Positions 1 to 10,869 of a stretch of 55,570 nucleotides of DNA are shown in pieces; position 1 is the first letter of the stretch, and each line of letters begins with the position of its first letter. The position numbers were made by a program, and so were the translations under genes. This DNA comes from a virus (Duplodnaviria > Caudoviricetes), in the IMG/VR virus record IMGVR_UViG_3300024257_000013, positions 1 through 55,570 of that record; one strand, given 5' to 3'. The notes below the pieces were generated by a model. The model worked only from the letters and a program-made list of their open reading frames with translations, had not been told where the DNA came from and did no database searches.

Positions 1-834
1 ATGGTTGATATTACAGACATAACTACTGGTACCCCTAACGGTACAGGTTACTTTGATAAGTTCATGGACAGTATCAACTCTCAACTGGATTCTCAGTTTA
101 AACTTGGTAGATTGCAGGGTAAGGATTACGCTAATGTCTATTTAGGATCTATGCAAACTGCATTAGCACAAGCTGTAGCTTATGTAGGAGTAGTAGAACA
201 AGTTACCTCTTCTGAAGCACGTAGAATTGCAGAAGTTGCACTGCTGGAGCAAAGAGCCCTTACAGAACAAGCACAAATTTTAGATATTGTAGATGGCAAT
301 ACTGTGCTTGGAACAATAGGCAAACAAAAAGCTTTACACCAAGCTCAGACAGACGGATTTGCCCGGGATGCTGAACAAAAAGCATTAAAGATTATGATGG
401 ATTCCTGGGGAATATCCAAATCAGTATCTGGTGACGCTATAGATGCTCCTGATGGAGCCAGAAATGATGATATAGAAGACTTAATTATCAAACTGCGTAA
501 AGGTATTGAAATAACAGAGAGCATTTACAAGTTCAATGCTGATGCCGGTAATGATCAAACAGTAGCTGTTAGCAGCTACATACAATTAGATGGTACAGGA
601 TCAACTTCTCCTACAGACTTGGATACGTCTATAGAGATAGCTACATGGGCCTGGACAGTAGATTCTGTTCCTGATACAGCAACATCTCCTACTATAATCA
701 ACGCAGATGCAGCACAAGCCACTATTGCAGATATTGGTATAGTTCCTGGAGATTACGTATTTAGGCTTACTATCGAGTCTGATGAAGATACCCCACAGAC
801 AGATTTTGATACTGTAACAATTACTGTTGAGTAA
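1..834 (+). CDS. Virion structural protein (N4 gp54-like position) with C-terminal PKD/Ig-like domain
   Basis: N-terminal GTGYFDKFM...GRLQGKDYANVYLG resembles N4-like virion proteins. C-terminal ADAGNDQ...LDGTGS...W.W...PGDYVFRLTI.....DTVTITVE is a PKD-like beta sandwich. Lies upstream of the vRNAP block. Confidence 0.65.
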   Translation: MVDITDITTGTPNGTGYFDKFMDSINSQLDSQFKLGRLQGKDYANVYLGSMQTALAQAVAYVGVVEQVTSSEARRIAEVALLEQRALTEQAQILDIVDGNTVLGTIGKQKALHQAQTDGFARDAEQKALKIMMDSWGISKSVSGDAIDAPDGARNDDIEDLIIKLRKGIEITESIYKFNADAGNDQTVAVSSYIQLDGTGSTSPTDLDTSIEIATWAWTVDSVPDTATSPTIINADAAQATIADIGIVPGDYVFRLTIESDEDTPQTDFDTVTITVE

Positions 835-842
835 AATGTGTT

Positions 843-2492
843 ATGGGATGGCCTTTTAGTGGTAAAACAGTAGTTAGTACTTCTGTACAGACTGTCCCTC
901 TTGTCAACGAAAAACCTAAAAACCGTATAGCAGAAGCTATCCGTTTAGCTTCTTCACGCAACGAAGATTTAACGGATACTATTAAATACCAAACTCTTAC
1001 AGGGTATAAGAGAGATTTAATAAATTGTTACAACTACGCAAAGAGTAGTTATATTTACGGATTACCTACAGCATCTTCTGCTGAAGAATTTATACCTATA
1101 GTGCCTATCAGGTATAACGATAAAAATACTAATGACGATAAAACTTCTGAATTGTACATAACAACAAAAAATTTATTAAGAACTACAAAAATAAATCTAG
1201 ATGATTTTACTGACCAAGTAACAAAAGAGTATAACAGCAAAAATGAATTAGTTAATATTGCTGATCTTGATAAGATCTCAGACATTTTTGTAATATATGG
1301 CATAAACATCTATTCTGATACACAGGAAGAAAAGGAGATACTGTTTAAGCTCTTCAGTAGTTTAGAGTCGATAGCTGGCACTAAAGAAACATTTGATACT
1401 GCACTAGCTGATGAAGTACTGTTTACACCTTCAACACTACTGATTAACGAAGAAACCTTCGATTACGATCTTATATACAATTATGTAACAGTTACTGAAA
1501 TAGAAGGCAAAGTATCAGAACGTGATACGTATACTGTAACTTTCAGTATTAATGGTACACACACGTATGTACCTGACGGTGATTTAGAGGAAGAACTTGA
1601 ATACCTGCTAGACTATGTGACTATCAGGCATCAAACCACTCTATCTACTTATACGGAAATAGTAATTCATGGGTTATATATTTACCACATGGTTAAAACT
1701 GTTTCTGGTGGGAAGATTCACCCCGTTAACCTAGTTACTTTTACAGAAGGCCTGGAACTTACTCCAGAACATAAAAATTTTATAATACCTTTAAGACATT
1801 TAGATATCGTAGATCTTCTTACTTCCGAAGGAGATACTATTATTTCTTCCTCTAAACATTTGCTGATATACGCTTCAGACTCTCAGTATCTTAAATGGTA
1901 CCAGACAGGAGCATTTTTAAGTTTACTGCAGCTTACTCTGAGAGTTATTTCTGTAGTAGCACTGCTTGGAGATCCTTCTGGTTCAACTTCAGAAGTATTG
2001 ATTGAGCTTGGAAAAGCAATAATCAAACAATACGCTTTTGAGGCTATATTAACAGAACTATTTCTCAAGTTTGGCAATAATGATCTAGCAAAAGTTATTT
2101 TGGCTTTTACTGCTATTTACGTTAGTTATAATAGTTTAAGCAAAATGGCTCTTACTAAATTAAGTACTGCAGAAAAACTTCTCAGACTTACTAATTCTGC
2201 CTCCAGCGTTTTAAACACATACACTAAATCTCAGTACTCTGTGCTAGAACAAGAGTATGAGGATTTTAGAAAAGATAAAGAAGCACTAGAAACTGAAATA
2301 GAGGAAGCACAAGATATCTTAAACGCAGATAATAGGCTTAATCCTTCAGCAGCAATTAATGCTTCAACATACGCATATGAAGATCCTAATGACTTCTATA
2401 CCCGTACACTGAATACAGCTCCCGGTCAGCTTGTATTTGACCAACTGCATAATTATGTAGATAATAACTTAAACCTTGACTATATACGGTAA
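843..2492 (+). CDS. Virion structural protein (N4 gp53-like position)
   Basis: 549-aa ORF with hydrophobic segments and a coiled coil near the C-terminus; synteny with the N4-like late block. Confidence 0.55.
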   Translation: MGWPFSGKTVVSTSVQTVPLVNEKPKNRIAEAIRLASSRNEDLTDTIKYQTLTGYKRDLINCYNYAKSSYIYGLPTASSAEEFIPIVPIRYNDKNTNDDKTSELYITTKNLLRTTKINLDDFTDQVTKEYNSKNELVNIADLDKISDIFVIYGINIYSDTQEEKEILFKLFSSLESIAGTKETFDTALADEVLFTPSTLLINEETFDYDLIYNYVTVTEIEGKVSERDTYTVTFSINGTHTYVPDGDLEEELEYLLDYVTIRHQTTLSTYTEIVIHGLYIYHMVKTVSGGKIHPVNLVTFTEGLELTPEHKNFIIPLRHLDIVDLLTSEGDTIISSSKHLLIYASDSQYLKWYQTGAFLSLLQLTLRVISVVALLGDPSGSTSEVLIELGKAIIKQYAFEAILTELFLKFGNNDLAKVILAFTAIYVSYNSLSKMALTKLSTAEKLLRLTNSASSVLNTYTKSQYSVLEQEYEDFRKDKEALETEIEEAQDILNADNRLNPSAAINASTYAYEDPNDFYTRTLNTAPGQLVFDQLHNYVDNNLNLDYIR

Positions 2493-2497
2493 CCACC

Positions 2498-3052
2498 ATG
2501 GCTAATGAAGCATACCAATACCAATCACCTTTTGCTGCTAATGGGTTAGGATCTCTTGACCAATATGCTGGTTCAAAACCATTTGCCTTTGCACCTTCTA
2601 CAAATGTGCAACCTCAAAATACTGGGTATAAACCTCTTTTCCCTAACTTTAATGCAGCTGATCCAAGCACTTTTACTAACATACCTCAGTACCAAAGCAT
2701 GGGAAATGCTGTTAATTTGCCAACAAACTTGTTAGGTGGGGCTAATAAAGAAAGTTCAGGAATCCTGTCTAAACTACTGGGCAAAGACGGGAAACTAATT
2801 CCTGGTCTAGAAGCCTTTAGTGCTTTAGGAAGTGGAATACTTGGACTGAAGCAGTATGGGTTAGAAGGGGCTGCTTTTAATTTTAGTAGAGGTCTGGCTA
2901 AAACTGATTTATCCAATCGAGCGAATATAGCGAATGCGGCTATTTCAGATAGGGCTAGAGCCAGAGCAGTACAGAGTGGAGCTTCTAGAAGTGACCTAGC
3001 TGATATTGTTAAAAACCAAACAGCTGATCGTAGAGTTAGAGGTACTGTCTAA
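2498..3052 (+). CDS. Small virion/ejection protein (N4 gp52-like position)
   Basis: 184 aa with a Gly/Ala-rich amphipathic C-terminal half; stop overlaps next start (TAATG). Confidence 0.55.
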   Translation: MANEAYQYQSPFAANGLGSLDQYAGSKPFAFAPSTNVQPQNTGYKPLFPNFNAADPSTFTNIPQYQSMGNAVNLPTNLLGGANKESSGILSKLLGKDGKLIPGLEAFSALGSGILGLKQYGLEGAAFNFSRGLAKTDLSNRANIANAAISDRARARAVQSGASRSDLADIVKNQTADRRVRGTV

Positions 3053-5082
3053 TGGCTTCTTCCATACCTTATGCGCAGACTGGTATATCCAATCTTAAAG
3101 CACCTGATCTGAGCAAAGCTGGAGATCTGTTTAATACAGCCCTAACTAAAGCTACTTCTATGGCAGAAACCGCTAAAGCTAATTTACAGGATGAACAAAA
3201 AGGATTATTTGCTACCGGGCTAAGAGAAGCCGGTAATCTGCAAGACTTGACAAATGTTAATATAGAAGGCTTAAGGCAGGCTGATTTAGACAGTGCTGCA
3301 TTACAGCAAGCTCAAGCACAGTTACAAGAACGCCAATTAGCATTATTAGGTACAGAGCTGCAAGGACAATACGATACTAGATTAGCTGAAAATAAACCCA
3401 TCGTTGAAAATATTCTTGCAAATAATCCTGCTATTGCAAACTTTGCAGGTGTAGATGAAAGTGGAACTATCAACTTTGCTGAAGGCACTACTCCAGAGCA
3501 AGAAGCACAATTCGGTGAACTGTTAAGACAATCTGAATTTGTTCCTGTACAGACAGAGCGTGAGTACACTAAAGGTCTTACACAGCGAGCTAAAACTGAA
3601 TTTAATGCTTCTGATGAACAGGCTAAAAAATTAGCTGCTGACCATACTGCGTACAGAAAAAGTTTAAATACTCTTACTTCAGAAGAAAATGCTCTGTATG
3701 TAGCAGAAGAAGTTAAACTGGACCAGGCATTGGCTCACGAAAGATTAGGTGCTGATAGACAGTTGGCACGGATAGAGAGAGAAACCAAGCATAATCCTAC
3801 TGAAGCACAAGCATTGTTGTCTATGAAAGCATCTACAGTAAAAGATACTGTTGATGAATTAGCTAATATAAGTTCTTGGAGGGACTTCTTTGCTGAAAGT
3901 GGAGAAAAGCTAAAAAGAACTATAGATGGTCTATACAAGAAAGGTGTTAACAATAATACTGTACAACCCTGGATGGTTGATGATGCTTTACGTACACTTA
4001 TCGACACAGCTCCTGATACAGGCAGCAAAGCTATAAACATAGACGATATGATAACGTTAATAGATGGTATAGCAAGAGATTCTGTATTGCAGCAAAACCT
4101 ATTAACAGCTGCTAACGCTAAAAGAGATATTGACCAAAACCTTCTTAACTCAGAACAGAGAACTGTTCAGGATAAAAAGAAAGCATTAGCTAGAATAAAG
4201 AAAGATGCTCTTATTAGAGATACTGCTTTTAATAGAGCAGCTTATAACCGTGTTCTAGATAAAGCTGTTGAGGCACAAAATAATGTTGTTGCTGATCCCG
4301 AAACTACTGGTGGAGCAAAAGCGTTTTCTCTGTTGGATACAGGTAACAAAAAACCTGCTGCAATTACTGCACCAATAACTGTTGTACAGAAATCAAGAAA
4401 AGATAAAATAAAAGCGGCTAATACTGCGGATTCTCCTCTAATTTTTAAAGATGGTGAGATAATAGGTATTGATCCTGACATAAACCAGTTCAATTTAATT
4501 AGTTTAGACCCAGAATTGCTATCCTTTATGTCGGATAAAGATGTAAATAATATAAGCAATGCCAGAGTAAAAACTGAAGTAAAAAGAATTAGGACTTCCT
4601 ATGAATATAGTAAAAATGTTGGTAACGATCTAAAAAAAGTAACAAAAGCTACTACTGACTTTATTGGAGATGTAAAAGACTTCTTGGTAACTCCGGATAA
4701 AGCTTATTCTAAAGCCGTAGAAGAAGCCCGTTTAAGAGGTGATACTACGAAAAATTCTGAAGCAAACAAAACAGGAACAATAGAAAGAAGCAGTTTTGAC
4801 CCTGAATTGAGACCTAAAGAAGAAGAAGAAGTTGTTGATCCTTTAACTCGTGCTGTAAATAAAGCTAGAAGACAGCTAGAAGACAGTAAAATAAGAAATT
4901 TACAAGAAGAATTAAAAAAGACTATAGACAGCAATTTAAAAGGCAAAGAAAAGGTAGACAGACTTAACATACAATTAGAGTTAACAACTCTTTTAGAAAG
5001 TAGAGATATAGCATCTAGAGTAAGTAGTGAGGAATTGCGTAAGCAAATTGATGCTGCAGAAAAACAATTAAAAACTGATTAA
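3052..5082 (+). CDS. Internal virion/ejection protein (N4 gp51-like position)
   Basis: 676-aa helical, Ala/Gln/Lys-rich ORF directly upstream of the vRNAP locus. Confidence 0.55.
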   Translation: MASSIPYAQTGISNLKAPDLSKAGDLFNTALTKATSMAETAKANLQDEQKGLFATGLREAGNLQDLTNVNIEGLRQADLDSAALQQAQAQLQERQLALLGTELQGQYDTRLAENKPIVENILANNPAIANFAGVDESGTINFAEGTTPEQEAQFGELLRQSEFVPVQTEREYTKGLTQRAKTEFNASDEQAKKLAADHTAYRKSLNTLTSEENALYVAEEVKLDQALAHERLGADRQLARIERETKHNPTEAQALLSMKASTVKDTVDELANISSWRDFFAESGEKLKRTIDGLYKKGVNNNTVQPWMVDDALRTLIDTAPDTGSKAINIDDMITLIDGIARDSVLQQNLLTAANAKRDIDQNLLNSEQRTVQDKKKALARIKKDALIRDTAFNRAAYNRVLDKAVEAQNNVVADPETTGGAKAFSLLDTGNKKPAAITAPITVVQKSRKDKIKAANTADSPLIFKDGEIIGIDPDINQFNLISLDPELLSFMSDKDVNNISNARVKTEVKRIRTSYEYSKNVGNDLKKVTKATTDFIGDVKDFLVTPDKAYSKAVEEARLRGDTTKNSEANKTGTIERSSFDPELRPKEEEEVVDPLTRAVNKARRQLEDSKIRNLQEELKKTIDSNLKGKEKVDRLNIQLELTTLLESRDIASRVSSEELRKQIDAAEKQLKTD

Positions 5083-5086
5083 TTAG

Positions 5087-8000
5087 ATGTCTACGCTATC
5101 TGACGATACTCAACTGTTTGACTCTATTCTTGCAAAAAAGCAAGATGAGTTATTTGATACAACTACTCAGAAACAAATAGATCTTGGTGCTGTACCTTAT
5201 AGGTCATTAGACTTATCTAACGTGCCTTATAACACAGTAGATTTGTCTAACGTCGAAGATGAACAGGTTGTTATAAACAATCCAAGAGAATTTCCTTATT
5301 ATCTTCACGATGCTACGGTTCAGACTGGCTTGGGGTACTTGGTCAATACTGCCGGTTCTCTTGTAAGTGGTGGTGGAACTCTTCTAAATTCTGTACTATC
5401 TTTTCCCAATATAATAGCTAATGCTGTTGGTGGTGAAGAAAGTGCCATGAATGTAAATATGTTAGATTTCTTTGACATCTTGGGAGATCATGCACAGTCT
5501 TTTACTGATAAATTTCATAACCCTCTTCTTACAGAAAAATTTCACAAAGATGCTACCCGGGCTTACCGCGATAACAGTGGAGCAGTAGATGTGCTGATTG
5601 GACTTGGTGGCTCTATTGTTAATAACCCTGCAGCATTGCCACAAGTATTTGGTCAGTCGTTTGCTACTATGGCAGCAATGGCCAAGGGTGGTAGTGCTCT
5701 TGCAATGGCCTATGCTGGCGTATTCGGTGATAGAGCACAGCAATCAATAGACCGCCATAAAAAAACACATAATGGATTAGAGCCTGATGGTGATGATTTG
5801 CGGAACATAATGATTGCTGCTGGCGTATCAGCTGCTATTGAAACTATCGAATCTAAGTTCTTGTTTGGTAAGTTAGGCAATGTAGCGAAAGCAGTTAAAT
5901 CTAAACAAACACTATTAGGTACAGCGGGGAATGTTGGTAAAGGCAGTACTGCTGAAAGTGTACAAGAATACTCAGCAGAATATTTAACAGAACTGTCTGG
6001 TAGAGGTGATACTGTTACAGGCCTACTAGACCCTGCATTGCTGGAAACTCCTGCAGTCAACGCAACTATTGGTGCTGGAGTAGGTGGAGGAGTAAAAGCA
6101 GTATCTGGAATTTCTGGAGGAGTTAAAACAGCTGCTTCTAAAACTCTTGATAAAGCATCAAAAGCAATAGATAAAGCTATAGAAACAAGCACAACTAAAC
6201 GTCAAGAAAAAGCTGTAGCCAGCAATGATTTTATAACTGCTGCAGAAGCAGCTATAGAAAAAGACACCTCTAAATTTACTACTTTCGAAGAACATAAAGA
6301 TAATCTCTCTTCTGTATTGGACCTGATAGACAAAGCCAATGCAGGTATTGACGCTACTGCAGAAGGAAGCAGTAAAGATGTAGATCGTATTTTAGAATTA
6401 AGCAGTAAAGTTAAAATACTTACCGATATAGCATTAGCTGTAAAGTCTGCAGAAACTACTGGTCTTACACCTAAACAGGCAGAAGAGGTTATTAACAACT
6501 CTAAAGATGTCTCTGCCGAAGTTAGTGAAGCAGCAGTAGCCACAGTAGTTAATACACTTAAAGCTGGTGGAGATGTAGAGACTAAAACCTTAAGCAGCAT
6601 TAAAGGGAATATATTTTTTAACGACTTATCTACTGAAGATAAAACAGTAGTTAAAACTTATGAAGAAGCTAGACAACAAGCTACCAGTGTAGGAGAAGTA
6701 AATAAAGATATTGTAGAAGGAGATCCTGTAAAAGGCTTTCTTGGAGTTAAGCAGTATAAACAAAAAGTAGCTTCTGCCATACAATCACAGAACTTTAAAG
6801 CATTAGTTAAGACAATGCAGGCATTGGTATCTTTTAGAGATAGCCAAGTATACAAATTAGAACATCCTCCTAAGGGGTATAAACAGCATGCAGCTGCATT
6901 TGAAAAACAGCTACGTTCTGAAATAGCCTTAATAGATAAACATATTGAGCTGTTTGATGCTCAAGCTAAAGCTTCTTTCAATAAGTCTCCTTTAGCCAAT
7001 ATAGCCCCTTCTAAGCCGTCTGAGCAAACAGACAAGCAATCACAAGCCAAACCTGAGAAGTCTGCTGAAACAGCCTCTAAAGAGCCAGAATCTAGCGATA
7101 CTGAGTACAATAAGAAGTATGATGCTTTATTAAAGAAAATTGAAGGTATAAAGTATCCAAAACTTAAAGCACATGTAACTAGTCAATTATCTCAAGTTAC
7201 TCCACAGAATATAGATGAATTTAATTCTTTAATAGATGCCTGGGTTAAAGAACGAGATGATAAAGCTAAACCAAAAACAAAGGCTGAGCCTAAAAAGACG
7301 GAAACAAAAGTTAAAGCAGAAAAAGCTGTTAGTACTCCTCTAGAATCTACTGGGACTAAAGAAGTAGTAACGCCTAAAAAATATAGACTGTTTCCTAATA
7401 AAGATATTTATGCAAATGCTGATCAAACTACAGCAATTGATTCACTAAAAAATTGGTGGAGTAACTTAACCACTAACCGTATTTTTATATTATCTGGCAG
7501 AGGTGGTACAGGAAAAACTACTGTAATAAGTAAAGCCATAAGAGAGATGGGTGTACCTGCCAGTGAAGTACAGTTTGCATTGCCTACGCATAAAGCAAAA
7601 CAGGTAATAAAAAATTCCGCTAAAGAATTTAGTAACTTTTCTACTATAGCTTCTCTATTGGGATTAGTACCTAGCAAAAAAGAAGGAGAAGATTTTAAAC
7701 AAGACTTAATGTTGTACGAAAATAGTGTAGAAAGACTACGGACTGAAGGTGTTAAGTTAATTGTGGTAGATGAGGCCTCTATGACATTGCTCAGTACTGT
7801 TGAGTCGTTATTAGATCTGGCAGAAGAGATACATGCACGCATTATCTTTATGGGAGATAATGTGCAGTTACCCCCAGTAGACAAGAAAGGCGATCCTAAC
7901 AAATTAGGTATATCTCCTGTATTCAGCAAACTGACCGGGTTTAGTAATCCATTAAGCGCAGATGTAGATTCTTCAAATACTGCGTCTTTGTACCAGCGTA

Positions 8001-9634
8001 TGAGACAACAAGGTGACTCACCTATACTGCAAGTAACAGACATCTTGGCAGATGCTGTTGAATATGTATATTCTACTATCCGTGAAGGAGCTAAATTTAT
8101 AAGGGGTAAAAGAAACCCTAATATTATTTTTGACGGTAAAGACAGCAAAACTGCACAAGGTACGGTTCTGTATAAATCAGGACATATTAATCCAATAATA
8201 GATGAATTTGTTGAAGAACACCTAGAAGACCAATTCAATGTAAAATGGATTAATTATAATAATGCTGCACATCAAAGTAGTAAAAACATAAGAGCCAGAA
8301 TACGGGCAAAACTGTTTCCGAATGACCCACATGCTGCCGATGTAGAAAAATATCCTTTTCTGGTAGACGAGCATTTAATGATTGGTGCTATTGCGTCTAC
8401 TTATAAAAATGGAGAAGTATCTGCTACTTCTTTGCACAACGGGGATGAAGTAGTTGTTACAGGGGAAACAAGACAAACTTATATAGATATACCAAAAACG
8501 GTAGGCAGCGGTACTTATATAGGCATACCAGTAGATTTGCTTCCTGTTTCAATTGACAGTAAGAATTATGATATTATTATAGGAAATAAGAATACTAAGA
8601 AAGCTTTAATAAAGCAGTTCTCCGCTAACCAGAAAAGGTATCCAGGAATAGCAGATAGTATAATTAGGGGACTGACTGAAGGATTAGGGCCAGCTTACAT
8701 AATTAATACACATAAGGCACAAGGCAGTACATATAAAACTGTATACGTAGATTACAGCAACATAACAGGAACTACGGGTTCACCGGTATGGGTAGACACT
8801 TTAAGATCTTTATATGTAGCCACCTCTAGACCTACTGACAAATTAGTTATGGTCGGCAATAAGCTAGAACTTGGAGTAGGTAAAACAGTTAATGAGATAG
8901 TCGGAGATACTTCAAAAACTAAAAGGGAAAAAGAAAAAGTTATAACTAAACCTGCAGGAGAAAAAAGTACTGTTCGTGTTGGTGATAAAGAAGTAGAAGT
9001 TACACTTACTGAAAAAATTGATGATAATGGTTCATTAGCGGTAACAACTAATGGAAAAATAACGTTACGCAAAGGAATTACAAAAGCTGAAGTTATTGCA
9101 CATATAACCGGTAAAACAGATTCTTTAGTCAGTAGACAGAAGAATGTAACCACACAGTATTTACTAGACAAATTTAATATCAATTTACCAGGTATCCTAA
9201 ATGCTTTACCGATTGAAACACTATTAGAGTTTATTGTTGCACACGAAGTTGGACACACTAAACAGAAAAACTTAACAGAAAAGTATCTTTCTGTTACATC
9301 ACAAGCTATTGCAAAAAGCTTTAATCTTGAAGATGCTAGTAACAAATATTTAGCTGATAGTGCTATTAAACTAGAAGCTGGTGCACACCGTTATGCCCTG
9401 CAGGAACTGAAACTGCTTACTAATACTAAACCGCCAGTAGTTTCTAAATTTGTAGATGAGTTAAGTCAAATAGATACTAGTAAGTTTGTTATTCCAAATC
9501 CTTCTGTCTATAAAAAGGACGCTAAACTATCTGCTTTTGCAGGTATTAGTAAGACCCGGTATAGTACTCTTATTGTAAAAAGTGATAATATATTAAGAGC
9601 TTTAAAACAGATGGTTGAGGAAGGTTGTGTCTAA
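5087..9634 (+). CDS. Large virion protein: vRNAP N-terminal-like region + SF1B (Dda/RecD-like) helicase + HExxH zincin-like motif
   Basis: Gly/Ala-rich hydrophobic N-terminus. Helicase motifs SGRGGTGKT, LPTHKA, VVDEASM, GDNVQLPPV, MRQ, THKAQGSTY and LYVATSR lie at ~7410-8860. HEVGH at 9242-9256. Confidence 0.8.
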   Translation: MSTLSDDTQLFDSILAKKQDELFDTTTQKQIDLGAVPYRSLDLSNVPYNTVDLSNVEDEQVVINNPREFPYYLHDATVQTGLGYLVNTAGSLVSGGGTLLNSVLSFPNIIANAVGGEESAMNVNMLDFFDILGDHAQSFTDKFHNPLLTEKFHKDATRAYRDNSGAVDVLIGLGGSIVNNPAALPQVFGQSFATMAAMAKGGSALAMAYAGVFGDRAQQSIDRHKKTHNGLEPDGDDLRNIMIAAGVSAAIETIESKFLFGKLGNVAKAVKSKQTLLGTAGNVGKGSTAESVQEYSAEYLTELSGRGDTVTGLLDPALLETPAVNATIGAGVGGGVKAVSGISGGVKTAASKTLDKASKAIDKAIETSTTKRQEKAVASNDFITAAEAAIEKDTSKFTTFEEHKDNLSSVLDLIDKANAGIDATAEGSSKDVDRILELSSKVKILTDIALAVKSAETTGLTPKQAEEVINNSKDVSAEVSEAAVATVVNTLKAGGDVETKTLSSIKGNIFFNDLSTEDKTVVKTYEEARQQATSVGEVNKDIVEGDPVKGFLGVKQYKQKVASAIQSQNFKALVKTMQALVSFRDSQVYKLEHPPKGYKQHAAAFEKQLRSEIALIDKHIELFDAQAKASFNKSPLANIAPSKPSEQTDKQSQAKPEKSAETASKEPESSDTEYNKKYDALLKKIEGIKYPKLKAHVTSQLSQVTPQNIDEFNSLIDAWVKERDDKAKPKTKAEPKKTETKVKAEKAVSTPLESTGTKEVVTPKKYRLFPNKDIYANADQTTAIDSLKNWWSNLTTNRIFILSGRGGTGKTTVISKAIREMGVPASEVQFALPTHKAKQVIKNSAKEFSNFSTIASLLGLVPSKKEGEDFKQDLMLYENSVERLRTEGVKLIVVDEASMTLLSTVESLLDLAEEIHARIIFMGDNVQLPPVDKKGDPNKLGISPVFSKLTGFSNPLSADVDSSNTASLYQRMRQQGDSPILQVTDILADAVEYVYSTIREGAKFIRGKRNPNIIFDGKDSKTAQGTVLYKSGHINPIIDEFVEEHLEDQFNVKWINYNNAAHQSSKNIRARIRAKLFPNDPHAADVEKYPFLVDEHLMIGAIASTYKNGEVSATSLHNGDEVVVTGETRQTYIDIPKTVGSGTYIGIPVDLLPVSIDSKNYDIIIGNKNTKKALIKQFSANQKRYPGIADSIIRGLTEGLGPAYIINTHKAQGSTYKTVYVDYSNITGTTGSPVWVDTLRSLYVATSRPTDKLVMVGNKLELGVGKTVNEIVGDTSKTKREKEKVITKPAGEKSTVRVGDKEVEVTLTEKIDDNGSLAVTTNGKITLRKGITKAEVIAHITGKTDSLVSRQKNVTTQYLLDKFNINLPGILNALPIETLLEFIVAHEVGHTKQKNLTEKYLSVTSQAIAKSFNLEDASNKYLADSAIKLEAGAHRYALQELKLLTNTKPPVVSKFVDELSQIDTSKFVIPNPSVYKKDAKLSAFAGISKTRYSTLIVKSDNILRALKQMVEEGCV

Positions 9635-9956
9635 ATCTAAATTATCTATAGAAGAATTGTTAGATGCAGGAGTACCTTTAGAGGAACTTTTAACTAATAG
9701 TAAACCTGTTGAAGTAAATGTAACTGTTGATACAGACAAGCTTTCTGCTACTATGCAGAAAACTTTAGTTGATAATATCAATACAGCTAAAACAATTCAG
9801 ACAACTGTTACTAAAAGTAACGAATTTAATAAAGATCTACTGCTTAAAGCTCTGGGTGTTCTTATGAAACAGAATAAAGATAAACAAGAAGTTACAGGAA
9901 TCAAAGTTATAAGAGATCAATATAATTTAATTTCTGAACTAGAGTTTATTCGTTAA
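9615..9956 (+). CDS. Hypothetical protein (start probably GTG at 9627)
   Basis: ORF overlaps the upstream stop; GAGGAAGG precedes the GTG. Confidence 0.55.
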   Translation: MRKVVSKSKLSIEELLDAGVPLEELLTNSKPVEVNVTVDTDKLSATMQKTLVDNINTAKTIQTTVTKSNEFNKDLLLKALGVLMKQNKDKQEVTGIKVIRDQYNLISELEFIR

Positions 9957-9990
9957 TGATTAATTATATACTTCCAGAGGATTATCTATT

Positions 9991-10392
9991 ATGAGTATCT
10001 TTAAATTCTTACAAGCTGCTATAACTCCTGTAGCAAAACTTATAGATGATATCCATACTTCTGATGAAGAAAGAGAATCACTAAGATTAGAATTTTATAA
10101 ATTACAGTTCTCCGTATTTGAAAAAACTATGGAGTACGAACAGCAATTATTAAAGAGTCAATCAGATATTATAGTAGCTGAAGCTCAAGGTAGTTCATGG
10201 ATACAAAGCAGTTGGCGACCTATAACAATGTTAACATTTCTTGTGTTAGTTGTTTTAGACTCGTTAGGTTTTTTACCTACCCCACTTGCTGAAGAGGCAT
10301 GGACACTATTACAACTCGGTTTAGGTGGTTATGTAGCCGGTAGAAGTATTGAAAAAATTACTCCTAAGATAGCGGATGCATTAAAAAAATGA
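9991..10392 (+). CDS. Holin (3TM / GTA-holin-like family)
   Basis: IVAEAQGSSWIQSSWRPITMLTFLVLVV...LLQLGLGGYVAGRSIEK signature with TM helices; AGAGG RBS. Confidence 0.8.
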   Translation: MSIFKFLQAAITPVAKLIDDIHTSDEERESLRLEFYKLQFSVFEKTMEYEQQLLKSQSDIIVAEAQGSSWIQSSWRPITMLTFLVLVVLDSLGFLPTPLAEEAWTLLQLGLGGYVAGRSIEKITPKIADALKK

Positions 10393-10829
10393 ACTATAAT
10401 CCAGATGACCATGACAACACTAATCGCAGAGAGAACATGGATATTATTAGTGAACTTCAAGCTGAGATACATACTATGCACGAAGAAGCTAAGAGAGAAC
10501 CTACATGGTTGCAGAAATATGGAACACTTGCTGTAGCAATAGTAGGATTTGTACTGCCAATGGTTGTAGGCATATCTGTAATGTTTTATAGAGTAGATGC
10601 AGTTGAACTTAGTAATAAAAGCAAAATCAGCAAAGAAACTGTTAAATTAACTTTTTCAAATATACACAGCAGACTTAGGGAAATACAAAAACTCCATGAT
10701 GCAGATAAAAATAGCCTGAACAGAACTATTAAAAAACTGGATGAAGTAGTCAATAAAAAATTAGATGTTAACAATAGTTTGTTAATGCAAATTGTCCAAA
10801 CTATGCCACGACCTACGAGACTTCCATAG
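10389..10829 (+). CDS. Single-TM, coiled-coil membrane protein (possible lysis accessory)
   Basis: One TM segment (TLAVAIVGFVLPMVVGISVMF) followed by a coiled coil; overlaps the holin stop. Confidence 0.55.
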   Translation: MNYNPDDHDNTNRRENMDIISELQAEIHTMHEEAKREPTWLQKYGTLAVAIVGFVLPMVVGISVMFYRVDAVELSNKSKISKETVKLTFSNIHSRLREIQKLHDADKNSLNRTIKKLDEVVNKKLDVNNSLLMQIVQTMPRPTRLP

Positions 10830-10869
10830 TGAGTCCTTTCTTTTTAGCTGCTGGGACTGAGTTGCTGTA

